64,000 bases of DNA from a virus (IMGVR_UViG_3300019886_000067:16398-80397); one strand, 5' to 3'. Shown: positions 1 through 9,868, numbered from the stretch's first letter. A program made the numbers and translations. The notes: a model not told the origin generated them from the letters alone.

Positions 1-4
1 TGCT

Positions 5-655
5 GTGCGGGAAGGCGCAGACCTTCACGTCCAGACTGCCGAGTTCATCGGGATCAAGGACCGCAAGCGTGCCGGCGGCGCAGTCGAGAGCGCCCGTCAG
101 CGCGGAAAGACGTTCAACTTCTCCATTGTCTACGGCGGCGGCTTGCGTACGATCAAGCGTCAGCAGCGCGTAGACCAGGCAGAAGCGCGTCTCATGCGCC
201 GTCGCTACTACGATGCTTACCCCGAGGTTGAAAAGCTACAGCAGCGTGTAGAATTTCGACTGCAAGACCAGGGGTACATCAAGGATATGTGGGGTCGTCG
301 CTACCGCTGTGACAACCCACGCAAGGAAGCGTACAAGTTCGTCAACTATCTGATTCAGGGAACAGCCGCGCAGGTGCTAAAGGACGCGGTTGTAAGTCTA
401 CACAAGGACGGTGTTCCTGTGGTGGCTTTGGTTCACGATGAGGTCGTGGCCCATGTACCTGAGAAAGACGCTGAGGAAGTAAAGCAGCTAATCATCAAGC
501 GTCTGACTGAGCAAGCGCAACCAGGAGGGAAGCTATGGGTAGGGGACAAAGCAATAGTGCCGCTTGACGCCGAGGGTGACATCGTTGACCGTTGGTCTGA
601 CGCTAAGCCAATGAAAGACGGCAAACTGTTCGTCCCGAATTGGGCACAGGCATGA
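5..655 (+). CDS. polA: DNA polymerase family A, C-terminal part (gene begins before the window)
   Basis: Motif B RQRGKTFNFSIVYGGG, NYLIQGTAA, motif C VHDEVV. Confidence 0.95.
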   Translation: MREGADLHVQTAEFIGIKDRKRAGGAVESARQRGKTFNFSIVYGGGLRTIKRQQRVDQAEARLMRRRYYDAYPEVEKLQQRVEFRLQDQGYIKDMWGRRYRCDNPRKEAYKFVNYLIQGTAAQVLKDAVVSLHKDGVPVVALVHDEVVAHVPEKDAEEVKQLIIKRLTEQAQPGGKLWVGDKAIVPLDAEGDIVDRWSDAKPMKDGKLFVPNWAQA

Positions 656-960
656 CGGTAAACGGAGACACGATCAAGGCCCTTGAGAGCGTCTACGCTG
701 AGCGCCAGCGTCAAGACGCTAAGTGGGGCTCACAGCGGGAGTTGCCTGATCCTGTCTGGCTTGCGATCCTCACAGAGGAGGTAGGTGAGTCAGCGCAAGA
801 GGTACTGACTCGCATACCAGGCAACGAGGAGGCCGGCAAAGGCCACGGCGACTTGCGCGAAGAGCTTGTGCAAGTCGCCGCCGTGGCTGTTGCTTGGGTT
901 GAGGCTCTTGACATCAAAGACAGAGAAGATACGTTGGTGCTATGCGCGACATCCTCTTGA
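652..960 (+). CDS. MazG-like nucleotide pyrophosphohydrolase
   Basis: WLAILTEEVGE...LREELVQVAAVAVAW, all-alpha NTP-PPase pattern; ATGA overlap with pol. Confidence 0.8.
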   Translation: MTVNGDTIKALESVYAERQRQDAKWGSQRELPDPVWLAILTEEVGESAQEVLTRIPGNEEAGKGHGDLREELVQVAAVAVAWVEALDIKDREDTLVLCATSS

Positions 961-1358
961 GCAACGATGTACCTTTGACAGAGAAAGATGTTGAAGACAT
1001 CTTTGCTAAGTGGGTGAAGCGTCTACGCCTGCGGCATTGGCAGTTTGATCTTTGCTTTGACCAACAACCAAATAAAGAGAGCCAAGAGGCCGAAATAATC
1101 ATGCCGGCCGACTATGACTACGGCCAGGTGCTTTTTGCTTCTAACTGGCAGGATTGGTCTAACGAACTTGTCAATGAGGTTTTGGTGCATGAGTTGATCC
1201 ATGCTTGTCTGCATAAAATCCATGTTGCGGGGCTTGAAGGTAAGAACGGTTACAGTCCAGAAGCCGCTAAGCTGTATGTTCGGCGGTTCATTCACGAGAT
1301 AGAGCGCGCCACGGACGCATTGACAGTAACGTTGATTCACCATCTTGGTAACGTCTGA
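942..1358 (+). CDS. HEXXH metallopeptidase-like protein
   Basis: VLVHELIHA; resembles 30448..30858. Confidence 0.6.
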   Translation: MRDILLSNDVPLTEKDVEDIFAKWVKRLRLRHWQFDLCFDQQPNKESQEAEIIMPADYDYGQVLFASNWQDWSNELVNEVLVHELIHACLHKIHVAGLEGKNGYSPEAAKLYVRRFIHEIERATDALTVTLIHHLGNV

Positions 1359-1378
1359 TCTGGTACGATAGGGGTAAC

Positions 1379-1570
1379 GTGGGATATCTAGACAAACGCA
1401 GAGAGCTAAGAATTGAGCTTTATTCGCGCCGTATTGCTGAGCTTACCGAGGCAATAGAAGGCATTGATGAGGAGCTTTACGCCACAACCCTGTATGAACT
1501 TAAAGAGAGGCGCAAGCGTCTAGCTGTTAAGCGCTCAGACCTAATCAAGAAGAGAGGAACATCACTGTGA
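1379..1570 (+). CDS. hypothetical protein
   Basis: ORF in a tightly packed + strand run. Confidence 0.55.
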   Translation: MGYLDKRRELRIELYSRRIAELTEAIEGIDEELYATTLYELKERRKRLAVKRSDLIKKRGTSL

Positions 1571-1959
1571 GTTACCCAGCCGGCACCATCCTATCCCGTA
1601 AGGTTCCATTTGAGGAGCCAGAGAGTGGAGAGCCTGACCTTACTGCGTACAACGACATTCAGATCATCGGGCCGAGCCCGATTCAGACTAATGTTCGTAT
1701 GGGTGAGTGGGTAGGTCAGCAAGGAGACAAGCTTTCCTTCAAGCCACTTAGCTTTGGTGAGGTTCTTGATCGTCCGCAGGGCGAGCTTGAACAGGACTAC
1801 GAGGTAGTCTCCGAACCTGCAAAGGTCCGGCCGCTGACTCATACAATCGAGGTCATCGAGCCAGGTCCGAGCCCTGAGTCGATATTCCGCGCAGAGGACG
1901 CAGCCGCCGGCCTTGTCAAGTCGGAGACGCGCCAGGAGACTCCGCTTGAAGCCGTATAA
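1567..1959 (+). CDS. hypothetical protein
   Basis: GTGA overlap, RBS GAGGAA. Confidence 0.65.
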   Translation: MSYPAGTILSRKVPFEEPESGEPDLTAYNDIQIIGPSPIQTNVRMGEWVGQQGDKLSFKPLSFGEVLDRPQGELEQDYEVVSEPAKVRPLTHTIEVIEPGPSPESIFRAEDAAAGLVKSETRQETPLEAV

Positions 1960-2310
1960 GACACGCGCGCAGCGCATAGAGGCAAAGCGCAAGCGTCGTC
2001 TCTATCGTCAGCGCAACAGGACGCCAGAGCAAGAGGCAAAACGCCTCCTGCGCATGAAGAAGACGCTTGAGGCAGGCGTCGTTGCGTGTTACCCAAAGAA
2101 AGCTGAGCCAGATGCTTCGTAGCGCGGCTGTAGCCCAAATAGAAGAGTGGGCGGCCGAGGCTGAAAACGGCAACTACCATGATTTCTCTGCTGTGCTTAG
2201 TGCGCTAGCGGAATCTGTCAAGGAGTGCTATGGTCTCGAAGTTATGACGATCATCAAGTCTTATGATGCGTACCCTCCGAGGAACAACATAGTGGAGTTG
2301 GTGATAGAAG

Positions 2311-2601
2311 ATGAGTAAGCGCAATCGTCGTAACGCAAAGAAGCTTAAAAAGTTGCGGAAAGCGCTCCGCAAAGATACGCTGCCGGTCTACATTGACCTT
2401 GTAAGGTGGCTGATGGATCGTAAAGAGGCAAACACTGTTGGCGGCGCAAAGAAGATCATTGCCGCCGGTCGTGTGCGCTCTGAGTCTCACACGCTGGGGC
2501 TGACTACGATCCCACTTGAGGACGGCAAAGAGCTACAGGTGCCGGCGCGGTACATTTCCGCTCGTCATCGTCACTCTATTTCCGTCGTACCCGCAATCTA
2601 A
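2311..2601 (+). CDS. basic protein, possible S4-like RNA-binding domain
   Basis: LVRWL...ANTVGGAKKIIAAGRV resembles the S4 motif. Confidence 0.45.
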   Translation: MSKRNRRNAKKLKKLRKALRKDTLPVYIDLVRWLMDRKEANTVGGAKKIIAAGRVRSESHTLGLTTIPLEDGKELQVPARYISARHRHSISVVPAI

Positions 2602-2616
2602 AGGAGTTGTTCGTCT

Positions 2617-3045
2617 ATCAGACTTCGTAACGCCCTAGCGGCACTCAGTCTCACACTCGCTTTTTCCACAACCCCAGGGATCACAGGAACATCAGCAGCG
2701 GAAAAGATACACTGGCATGAGGCGGGCGCGAGCATTTACGGCGGCTTCTGTGACGAAAGCCAAACCAAAGGATATCGTGGTACTTACCTCCCTGGGAATC
2801 CTTGGGGCTTTGCTGAGCTTGGTATGGGAAGCGCGATGGGTGGCCTGCCAAATGGCACGCGCGTTCGTGTCCTCAGTCCGGTCACGCACAGGCGCAAGTG
2901 GATAACGAAGGATGACATCGGAGCCGGCGGTGATTCCGTTGAAGGGCTTCCGAGGGTGATTGATTTGTACGCTCCCGTGGCAGCATACTTGGCAGGCGCA
3001 AGTTGCTCGTGGACCGGCCGCATACTCTGGCGTCTCAAAGGCTAA
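2617..3045 (+). CDS. secreted RlpA-like (double-psi beta-barrel) lytic transglycosylase, probable ATC start
   Basis: Frame open from 2602; AAGGAG at 2601-2606; signal-like RLRNALAALSLTLAFS; ASIYGG, LPNGTRVRV, DDIG, RVIDL. Confidence 0.65.
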   Translation: MRLRNALAALSLTLAFSTTPGITGTSAAEKIHWHEAGASIYGGFCDESQTKGYRGTYLPGNPWGFAELGMGSAMGGLPNGTRVRVLSPVTHRRKWITKDDIGAGGDSVEGLPRVIDLYAPVAAYLAGASCSWTGRILWRLKG

Positions 3046-3062
3046 CCTGATAACCTTTAGGT

Positions 3063-3281
3063 ATGCAGACTAGCGCGAATCTACAACCTCCCGGTAAGTA
3101 TTTCACTCTACAGCTTACCATCACTGATGTATCAGAGGATGACATACGGGCGGCTGTAGCCGACGACGACTGCAACGCTATCCTCGTCAAACAGCTAGGC
3201 GTGCAAGCCGAACAAGCAATCAGACGCGCGCTAAGCGCGTCGAACATCCTTGAGACAGCGCTAGGTGACTTTGATGGGTAA
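3063..3281 (+). CDS. small hypothetical protein (tandem family, copy 1)
   Basis: TAACCT-N6-ATG leaderless start. Confidence 0.6.
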   Translation: MQTSANLQPPGKYFTLQLTITDVSEDDIRAAVADDDCNAILVKQLGVQAEQAIRRALSASNILETALGDFDG

Positions 3282-3471
3282 TCCTCCCGCAGCACTACTT
3301 ATAGCTCTGCCTTTGGACAAGCAGTTGGTAGAGGAAGCCGTCGTAGACCACCTTGGAGCCAAAGAGGACTTGATCCTCCAACTCATTGACTCCGCCGAGG
3401 AAGAAATTCGTCGTGCTTGTGCTGGGGACAGAATCCGCAACCTATTGGAGGACATTTCAAGTGGAGCCTAA
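3274..3471 (+). CDS. small hypothetical protein (tandem family, copy 2)
   Basis: Overlaps neighbours; AEEEIRRA matches AEQAIRRA of copy 1. Confidence 0.55.
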   Translation: MGNPPAALLIALPLDKQLVEEAVVDHLGAKEDLILQLIDSAEEEIRRACAGDRIRNLLEDISSGA

Positions 3472-3628
3472 TCCAGACAACACAGTCACTACAGTAGGGC
3501 TAGAAATCCCCGTTGCCTCAGCGATGCTGAAGGATGCACAATTTGATTTCAAATTCAGGGATGCTCTCATAGATTTGATGCTTGCTTCGTGCCGCCGTCA
3601 ACTAGAGGTCATTCTGAATGGACAATAA
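3461..3628 (+). CDS. small hypothetical protein
   Basis: GGAGG RBS before GTG 3461. Confidence 0.5.
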   Translation: MEPNPDNTVTTVGLEIPVASAMLKDAQFDFKFRDALIDLMLASCRRQLEVILNGQ

Positions 3629-4142
3629 CAGCCGTTGGCTTTGTGTTGATCCCGGTGAGACTACTGGTTGGTCACTCTGGAAGGGTGAGCGCCTACTTGG
3701 TGGCGGTCAGACACCGCTCTGGGCGTTTGCTCACGATGTCTACGACGCAATCAAAGACAACGTAGGTCCGCTCGCTACTGGCGAGACCGATCTGCTTGCG
3801 GCCGGTGTCAATGCTGAGGACAATGTAGGACAGATAGAGCTTGTCGTGTGTGAGAAGTTCGCTTTGTACCCGTGGGCCGCAAAAGACTTGGCGTTTGATG
3901 AATTCCGCACATCACAATTGATCGGGGCGCTCACTTTCACATGCGCGCTGCATCAAGTTGAGCTTCATAAGCAGCCTGCTTCGATCAAGGAGCGCGCTAT
4001 GGCTGGCGGAGCCAAGGAGTTGTTCGTCCGGCCGCTACACGAAAATCGGCATCAGAACGACAGCATCATGCACGGAGTTTTCTACTACCAAGTTGAGATA
4101 CGTGGCGTGAACCTTCAGATACCAGACGGGACAAAGAAGTGA
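3618..4142 (+). CDS. RuvC-like Holliday junction resolvase
   Basis: LCVDPGETTGW, VVCEKF, HQNDS acidic catalytic pattern. Confidence 0.8.
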   Translation: MDNNSRWLCVDPGETTGWSLWKGERLLGGGQTPLWAFAHDVYDAIKDNVGPLATGETDLLAAGVNAEDNVGQIELVVCEKFALYPWAAKDLAFDEFRTSQLIGALTFTCALHQVELHKQPASIKERAMAGGAKELFVRPLHENRHQNDSIMHGVFYYQVEIRGVNLQIPDGTKK

Positions 4143-4506
4143 TCGACCCCAGGGATCATGTGATGAAGAACGGCAAGAACATCGTGCTCAATCTAGGATG
4201 GTGTGGGCTGATATTTTCCTGGGGAACCTGGGGCGAATTTCTTGACAAATTCAAGCTGCAACAGCGCCGTGACTTCTATGACGCTTAAAGCCTGGTGGCA
4301 TGTGATTCTCTACACGATAGGATTTAGGAAACGCTGATGCCTCATAAGCTGTACTTTGGACAGTTCGCTCGCACTGATGAGGATGTCGTATTGCGCGCGT
4401 CGGTTGAACTGCGTGAAATGCTCATCAAAATGGTGCCCAACGAAACCTTGACGATTACTCGTAATGACTTGCAGGCAGGACCAACGGCGTTTACGGTGTC
4501 ATTTGC

Positions 4507-4941
4507 ATGATTGATCCGTGTATGTACCTCTTCGTAAACCGTGGCCTGTGGATGTCTCCTGGGAAGATTGCGGCGCAGGCTGCTCATGCAGCCGTCGAGG
4601 CGTACCGCATTTCTGACCAGGAAAGCAACATCTTCCGGCTGTGGTATCGAGGCGGTCACTACAAGAAGATTGTCCTGCTCGGGAGAGACGAGAACCATAT
4701 GCGCAACATCGAGGCATATCTTACCGCTCGGGACATTCCTTTGGTAACTATCATTGATGAGGGACATACAGAGATTGCGCCGCTAAGTATCACTGCTATC
4801 GGCTGCGCTGTGCTCGACAAGGCACACGCAAACAACGCGGCGATCTTCTCTACGTTTGAGCTTTACAAGGATGAGCCGCCGCCTAAGAAAGACAATCGCT
4901 CTCCTTGGCAGAAGTTCAAAGACTTTCTAAGCGAAAGCTGA
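4507..4941 (+). CDS. pth2: peptidyl-tRNA hydrolase, Pth2 family
   Basis: MSPGKIAAQAAHAA, W..G..KKIVL, IIDEGHTEIAP.SITAIG. Confidence 0.92.
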   Translation: MIDPCMYLFVNRGLWMSPGKIAAQAAHAAVEAYRISDQESNIFRLWYRGGHYKKIVLLGRDENHMRNIEAYLTARDIPLVTIIDEGHTEIAPLSITAIGCAVLDKAHANNAAIFSTFELYKDEPPPKKDNRSPWQKFKDFLSES

Positions 4942-5000
4942 TATAGTATTTCTTATGGTCATGGTTATGGTGACTAGAAAACCAAACCGACCAGAGAGCC

Positions 5001-5333
5001 GTGACCATGAGAGTACAACTACTAGGAGACTACGATCCTCAACCCGAGGAAAGCATCAATGGGCAGGGTGAGCCGCGCGTGCTTACTTGTGATGTGGCTG
5101 CTGTGCTACAGCCTGTCGTCCGGCCTGACGATGATGACTCAGGTTCTTCAGTCTCTTTGATAGCAGAGAAGGCAGAAACCAGCACACGCACAGTCTACCG
5201 GGTGCTCTCACTGCACACTGACACGATCAACCTAGACCTAGCAGACAGGCTATGCCTAGCGGCCGGCGACCACCTGGCAAGCTGCCGACTCAAGCACTCA
5301 GACGGCACGATTCGGGCGTACTTCAGTCTATAA
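5001..5333 (+). CDS. HTH DNA-binding protein
   Basis: SVSLIAEKAETSTRTVYRVL helix-turn-helix. Confidence 0.65.
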   Translation: MTMRVQLLGDYDPQPEESINGQGEPRVLTCDVAAVLQPVVRPDDDDSGSSVSLIAEKAETSTRTVYRVLSLHTDTINLDLADRLCLAAGDHLASCRLKHSDGTIRAYFSL

Positions 5334-5342
5334 TTAATACAC

Positions 5343-5828
5343 ATGGCTGACAACACTTCCAACTTGAAGCCTTTCACTGGTGGGCCTGACCCACGCCGAG
5401 GCGCTGCGCAAAGTCCAGTGCTAGATGACGAGGCCAAGTTTGATCTGTTCGTTATATCTCTCTGTGATGGTGCTACAAACGGAGAGCTTGCAGAGGTTTT
5501 CGGAGTTAGTACGCGGTCGATCACTAACTATAAGCGCGATCCTCGCGTCCGGGCTGCTTCCCTAAAGCTGATAGAAGATCGCGTTCTCCGTATTGCGCGC
5601 AGGACTGATTCCATCATCGAGCAGCGCCTACAAGACGCTGAGCAGCTTGACACCGACACGCTGTTGAAGATTCGTAAGGAGTTCCTTGGCGGAGCATTCA
5701 GACTGCAAACCCAGGGAGGCAAGACGGACGCCAAAACGATCAACGATGCAATGGATGAGATTGAGGAGAATCCTGAGTTTGCTAAGGAGCTACAGGAGCT
5801 TCTAGCGCGTCAGCCAGCCAAGGGGTAG
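5343..5828 (+). CDS. terminase small subunit
   Basis: NLKPF N-terminus, HTH ELAEVFGVSTRSI, directly upstream of TerL. Confidence 0.75.
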   Translation: MADNTSNLKPFTGGPDPRRGAAQSPVLDDEAKFDLFVISLCDGATNGELAEVFGVSTRSITNYKRDPRVRAASLKLIEDRVLRIARRTDSIIEQRLQDAEQLDTDTLLKIRKEFLGGAFRLQTQGGKTDAKTINDAMDEIEENPEFAKELQELLARQPAKG

Positions 5829-5831
5829 CCG

Positions 5832-7283
5832 GTGGCTTCTAACAAGCTACGCGCCTTGGCAGAGGCCGACCCAGAGGGCGCTAGGGCGCTCCTAGAAAAA
5901 CTGCAAGCCAAGGTAGTCATACCCCACGCGGGCGGTCAGCAGGAGATTATGGAAGACGAAACACGCTTTCAGATCGTGTGCTGCGGCCGTCGATTCGGAA
6001 AGACTGTGGTTGGCGCTAAGAAGGCGCTAAAGAAGTGTCGCTCACATAATCAGATGGTGTGGTGGGTTGCGCCCACATACAAGGTTGTCAAGCGTGGATA
6101 TAAAGAGGTTCTACGCCAGCTTCCAGACAACGTACTAACCCACGCTCCGCCGAACGATTCAGCGTTTGACGCCGGCCGCAGTGTCGTACTGAAGTTCCAA
6201 AACGGCAGTAAGATGGAGTTCTACTCCGCCGAGCGTCCAGAGGGAATGCTTGGAGAGGGCGTCGATTACGTGGTGCTGGACGAGGCGGCTACTATGCCTA
6301 AGCACGTCTGGGAGACGGTCGTGCGTCCTACGCTGATCGACCGTGAGGGCCAAGCCCTGATGATCTCTACGCCGCGTGGGCGCAACTGGTTCTACTACCT
6401 ATGGCTACGAGGCCAGAAGGACGGCACTGGCTACAAGTCATGGCGCTTCCCCACGGCCGCTAACCCACACTTGCCGCCATCTGAGATAGAGGATATGAAG
6501 GCGACGATGCCGCTTGTGACGTTCCAGCAGGAGGTTCTAGCTGAGTTCATCGCTTCCGCCGGCAGCGTGTTCAGGTTCAACGCCGATATCATCATAGAGC
6601 AAATGCGACCCCAGGGAAGAGTTGTCGTTGGGGTTGACTTGGCGAAGACAAATGATTTCACTGTGTTCAGTGCTGGCAACTCTAGCGATATGACGCCTTG
6701 CGGGTTTGATCGTTTCAACGAGGTCGCCTGGAAAGTCCAACGCGAGCGCCTAAAGCAATTTGTAAAGCAGTTGAAGAAAGAAGGAGCTACGCATGTGACG
6801 CTCTTGATGGATTCGACCGGCGTAGGCGACCCTATCGTAGAGGAAATGGAAGCAGACGGCTTCGATGTCGTCGGCATAAATTTCACCAAAACCAAGCAAC
6901 ACATGGTCACTCAGCTTTCAAAGGACTTGGAAGACGGGCAAGTGCGGCTATTTGAAGGCGAAGAAATTCACGAGTTCGAGAACTACACGTACAAAATCAC
7001 GGACGCCGGCCGCTGGACCTACTCTGCGCCAGAGGGTCAGCACGACGATTGTGTGGCCGCTAAGATGCTGCAACATTGGGGGATCGTGCAGGAGGGAGCC
7101 CCAGATGTCACGTCCATATCTGCGTCTGACGACGACCCAGAAGAGGAAGACGAGGAGGATGAGTACGACTACCTACTTGATGAGGAAGCGTCCGACACGG
7201 GCATTCCTGTCAGCGTAACGATAGAGGCAGACACCACGGCAATGCTGATGGGTCGAATGTCTGCGTGGACTGGCGAGCGCTAA
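5832..7283 (+). CDS. terL: terminase large subunit
   Basis: Walker A GRRFGKT, Walker B VVLDEAA, ISTPRG, nuclease GVDLAK and HDDCV. Confidence 0.95.
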   Translation: MASNKLRALAEADPEGARALLEKLQAKVVIPHAGGQQEIMEDETRFQIVCCGRRFGKTVVGAKKALKKCRSHNQMVWWVAPTYKVVKRGYKEVLRQLPDNVLTHAPPNDSAFDAGRSVVLKFQNGSKMEFYSAERPEGMLGEGVDYVVLDEAATMPKHVWETVVRPTLIDREGQALMISTPRGRNWFYYLWLRGQKDGTGYKSWRFPTAANPHLPPSEIEDMKATMPLVTFQQEVLAEFIASAGSVFRFNADIIIEQMRPQGRVVVGVDLAKTNDFTVFSAGNSSDMTPCGFDRFNEVAWKVQRERLKQFVKQLKKEGATHVTLLMDSTGVGDPIVEEMEADGFDVVGINFTKTKQHMVTQLSKDLEDGQVRLFEGEEIHEFENYTYKITDAGRWTYSAPEGQHDDCVAAKMLQHWGIVQEGAPDVTSISASDDDPEEEDEEDEYDYLLDEEASDTGIPVSVTIEADTTAMLMGRMSAWTGER

Positions 7284-7341
7284 TGCGTCTTATCTGATGC
7301 CTTACGGCCGTATACGGGCTTAAAGCGTCACTTTAGGCACA

Positions 7342-7370
7342 CAAAGGGCCGCTCAGTGAGCGGCCCTTTG
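7342..7370. terminator. bidirectional intrinsic terminator between convergent arms
   Basis: CAAAGGGCCGCTCA-G-TGAGCGGCCCTTTG inverted repeat. Confidence 0.8.
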
Positions 7371-7415
7371 GCTAGATGGATCGCCTCCTTTCCTTGCGGT
7401 TAGGAAGACTTCAAC

Positions 7416-7904
7416 CTACGGGGTAGTCGTTGTAGTGGTTACTCCTGTTGCGGCTTGATCCGCTGCTGGTGCAGCCGGATCAATGCCTGCCGGATTGGCT
7501 GGGTCTACTGGTGTCACGTCCGGCTGGGCCGGCGTGTCTGTGGTTGGCGCAGCATCGACAGGTGCATCAGCAGGAGACGTCTGGTCTGCCGGTGTCTCAG
7601 CGCCAGTCGTTGCAGCAGCAAGCGTGTTGCTTGCGGCCGTCAGATCAGCGGTCAAGCCGTCGATCTGGTCCTGCGTGACGTTGCCTGCCTCAAGCGCAGC
7701 AACCTTGTCCGCAAGAGAAGCAAGCTCCGTAGAAGCTGCTGCATCTGCGTCCTGTGCTGCCTTCACTGCCACCTGAAGCGCGGTTAGATCGGTCACTAGT
7801 TTGTTTACCTTTCGTACGAGTCGTTGAACTGTCTTGTATAGCTGGTGGTGAGAGAATTGCTCGAACGCGCCAAGCTCATCAATCTCATCCTCCTCAACCC
7901 ACAT
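7416..7904 (-). CDS. hypothetical coiled-coil protein with Pro/Thr/Ala-rich tail
   Basis: Last ORF of the lysis region; low-complexity C-terminus. Confidence 0.65.
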   Translation of the reverse strand: MWVEEDEIDELGAFEQFSHHQLYKTVQRLVRKVNKLVTDLTALQVAVKAAQDADAAASTELASLADKVAALEAGNVTQDQIDGLTADLTAASNTLAAATTGAETPADQTSPADAPVDAAPTTDTPAQPDVTPVDPANPAGIDPAAPAADQAATGVTTTTTTP

Positions 7905-7907
7905 GGG

Positions 7908-8312
7908 CTACTCCGGTGCGCCTGGCGAGGAGACGAACGGAATGCCGTTCTTCGCAATGCCACGCGCTACTGCGTAAACAGCCGCTAGGCCGGTTAGCGC
8001 AACCTTATCAGTTGGCGGCAGCGTAGAGATAACGTCGTTCAGTGCCGCAGCAATGCCGGCCCAAAACTCAGTTGTCTTCCATCCTGCCTTTGACTCCTTG
8101 ATGAGAGGCGGAAGATCCGTCTCAAGGGCATGGACAGTAGGGCTTGCGGCAACTGCCTCCGCTGCCTGCAATGCCTCTACTCCGCTAGCAACCCCAGGGG
8201 ACCTAACAACGTCCTCAACAGCGGCTACAGCGTTGTCCTGCACCGCCTGTGAAGTCTGCCCTGCTGGGGTATCTGGTGTAGCGGCCGACTCTGGGCCTAG
8301 TGTATCTGCCAT
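7908..8312 (-). CDS. holin-like membrane protein
   Basis: KAGWKTTEFW motif followed by hydrophobic helices; downstream of the lysins. Confidence 0.65.
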   Translation of the reverse strand: MADTLGPESAATPDTPAGQTSQAVQDNAVAAVEDVVRSPGVASGVEALQAAEAVAASPTVHALETDLPPLIKESKAGWKTTEFWAGIAAALNDVISTLPPTDKVALTGLAAVYAVARGIAKNGIPFVSSPGAPE

Positions 8313-8318
8313 AGTCTT

Positions 8319-8681
8319 TCAATTCTCCTTACGTGGATGATGACTAAGCTCCTGAGCCAAGCATTCTTCGATCTTAGCTTTACGCCTGTCTCCCATAAAT
8401 GGTAGCACACGGAGCATCAAAGTTTCTGCTTGTTGCGCCCCCCACTGGACTGCATAAACTGGCTTCTCTTTGGGCCTATTCTTACGCCCATCACAACAGA
8501 TTGTGCCTTTATAGTTGGTGTACTCTGCTGCTCGTTCCAATATATCTATGTCAGTCATTTGGAGGCTAACGCGTAGATTAGGACGCCAGCCATCCTTAGC
8601 CTTCATTGCGCGAAAACAACCCTCTCCATCCAAGAGGCCAGCAAGCCAAAGAGTCTTCTCCCTCTCTGTTAGGTCAAGAAT
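8319..8681 (-). mobile_element. free-standing LAGLIDADG homing endonuclease
   Basis: WLAGLLDGEGCF; the motif starts upstream of the TTG in the ORF track; likely ATT start at 8681 after GGAG. Confidence 0.8.
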
Positions 8682-9340
8682 AGGTTTCTCTCCGCCTCAC
8701 GACGATTCAATAGCCCTTGTAGCACTTTCCCGCCGGCCCTTGACCATTCTAGCAAAGAGTTAGCAGCAGCGCGGTAGTTTTTGTCCCGTAGGTTTTTGCC
8801 TACATGAGTGCTTGTGCTAACTCCACCAACGCCTACGTTGTAGACGAAGCTGGTTAGTGCATCAAACTCATTCTGATCTAGTTTGACGCCGATGGCACGC
8901 ACGGCTGGCGCGTAATGCTGGTTTAGATCGTTGTGAAGAAGAGTCGTTGCCTCCGGCTCTGTCAGACGGCCGGCACGACGTTGACCCTTGGCCCACACTG
9001 CGCCAGGATGGACATTCTCTGTGTGACCATAGCCAACTGTCGGCACGCCAACGCTGTCGTGATAGATCGTGCCGCTGAATCCCTCGAAGTGCTTGATGAA
9101 GTTGACACCATGATCGCTGACTTCTCTGGCGTTGGAGAACTTTGCTTTCTGTTGTGCAAGCTTGCGATCTAGGGCGACACGCTTCTGATGAGCTTCGGAG
9201 TAGAGCACCCACCACTTCGCACGCAGGGAGTGGATCGCTGGGGTTCCTGTCTGGTGGCGGTACTTGAACCACTGCCCATAACGATAGTTCTCGCGTGCGC
9301 GCCAAATTGCTCGGGATGCTACAAGTGTCGGCTTTGCCAT
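8669..9340 (-). CDS. endolysin, GH24 lysozyme
   Basis: FIKHFEGF...DSVGVPTVGYGHT, FDALTSFVYNVG, GLLNRREAE. Confidence 0.92.
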   Translation of the reverse strand: MAKPTLVASRAIWRARENYRYGQWFKYRHQTGTPAIHSLRAKWWVLYSEAHQKRVALDRKLAQQKAKFSNAREVSDHGVNFIKHFEGFSGTIYHDSVGVPTVGYGHTENVHPGAVWAKGQRRAGRLTEPEATTLLHNDLNQHYAPAVRAIGVKLDQNEFDALTSFVYNVGVGGVSTSTHVGKNLRDKNYRAAANSLLEWSRAGGKVLQGLLNRREAERNLFLT

Positions 9341-9343
9341 GCT

Positions 9344-9868
9344 TTACCTTTTAGTTCGGTAGTAGTTTGCAAGGCGCTTGCGGGCGTTAGCCACAGGCGA
9401 GCGACGGAAGCACATATGATGCGCCTCAGAGGTTGTCGGGTACGGACGGTACACGTCGTATCCACTACGGTTTAGCCAGTCCACAAGAGGACCGCAGTCG
9501 TTCGGACGGCCGGCGCTTTCTACGTCTATGCCAAGCTGGAACGGCTGTAGTTTCTCGTAAAGGCGGCCGACTACTCCATCCCCGATCAGCAAGTGAGTTC
9601 CACGATTAGGCGGATTTGCAGGCAAAAAGCCTGGTAGACCTTTGGCAAACCCTTCATAGAGATACTGCTGGTCGTGGAGATTAGTGCCGTACTTGCGGTT
9701 AAACGAAGAGATTGTAGAGCGCCTACGATCACCGCTGGACACTCTAAACTTTTGTCCGTGGTAACGGGCATCAAGTAGAGCCCAAGCCTGGGCACGGTAA
9801 ATCGGAACGTCGTAGTAATTGACGATGTGATAAGCCGGCGAGAGAATACTAAGAGGAGAGCGAGCCAT
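9344..9868 (-). CDS. M15-type (D-Ala-D-Ala peptidase-like) peptidoglycan hydrolase
   Basis: VSSGDR...QQYLY...ANPPNRGTH...IDV...EAHH. Confidence 0.65.
   Translation of the reverse strand: MARSPLSILSPAYHIVNYYDVPIYRAQAWALLDARYHGQKFRVSSGDRRRSTISSFNRKYGTNLHDQQYLYEGFAKGLPGFLPANPPNRGTHLLIGDGVVGRLYEKLQPFQLGIDVESAGRPNDCGPLVDWLNRSGYDVYRPYPTTSEAHHMCFRRSPVANARKRLANYYRTKR

Noticed and set aside
8319-8681. Group I intron in the endolysin
   Set aside because: The endolysin is complete and there is no room for an intron core around the endonuclease.
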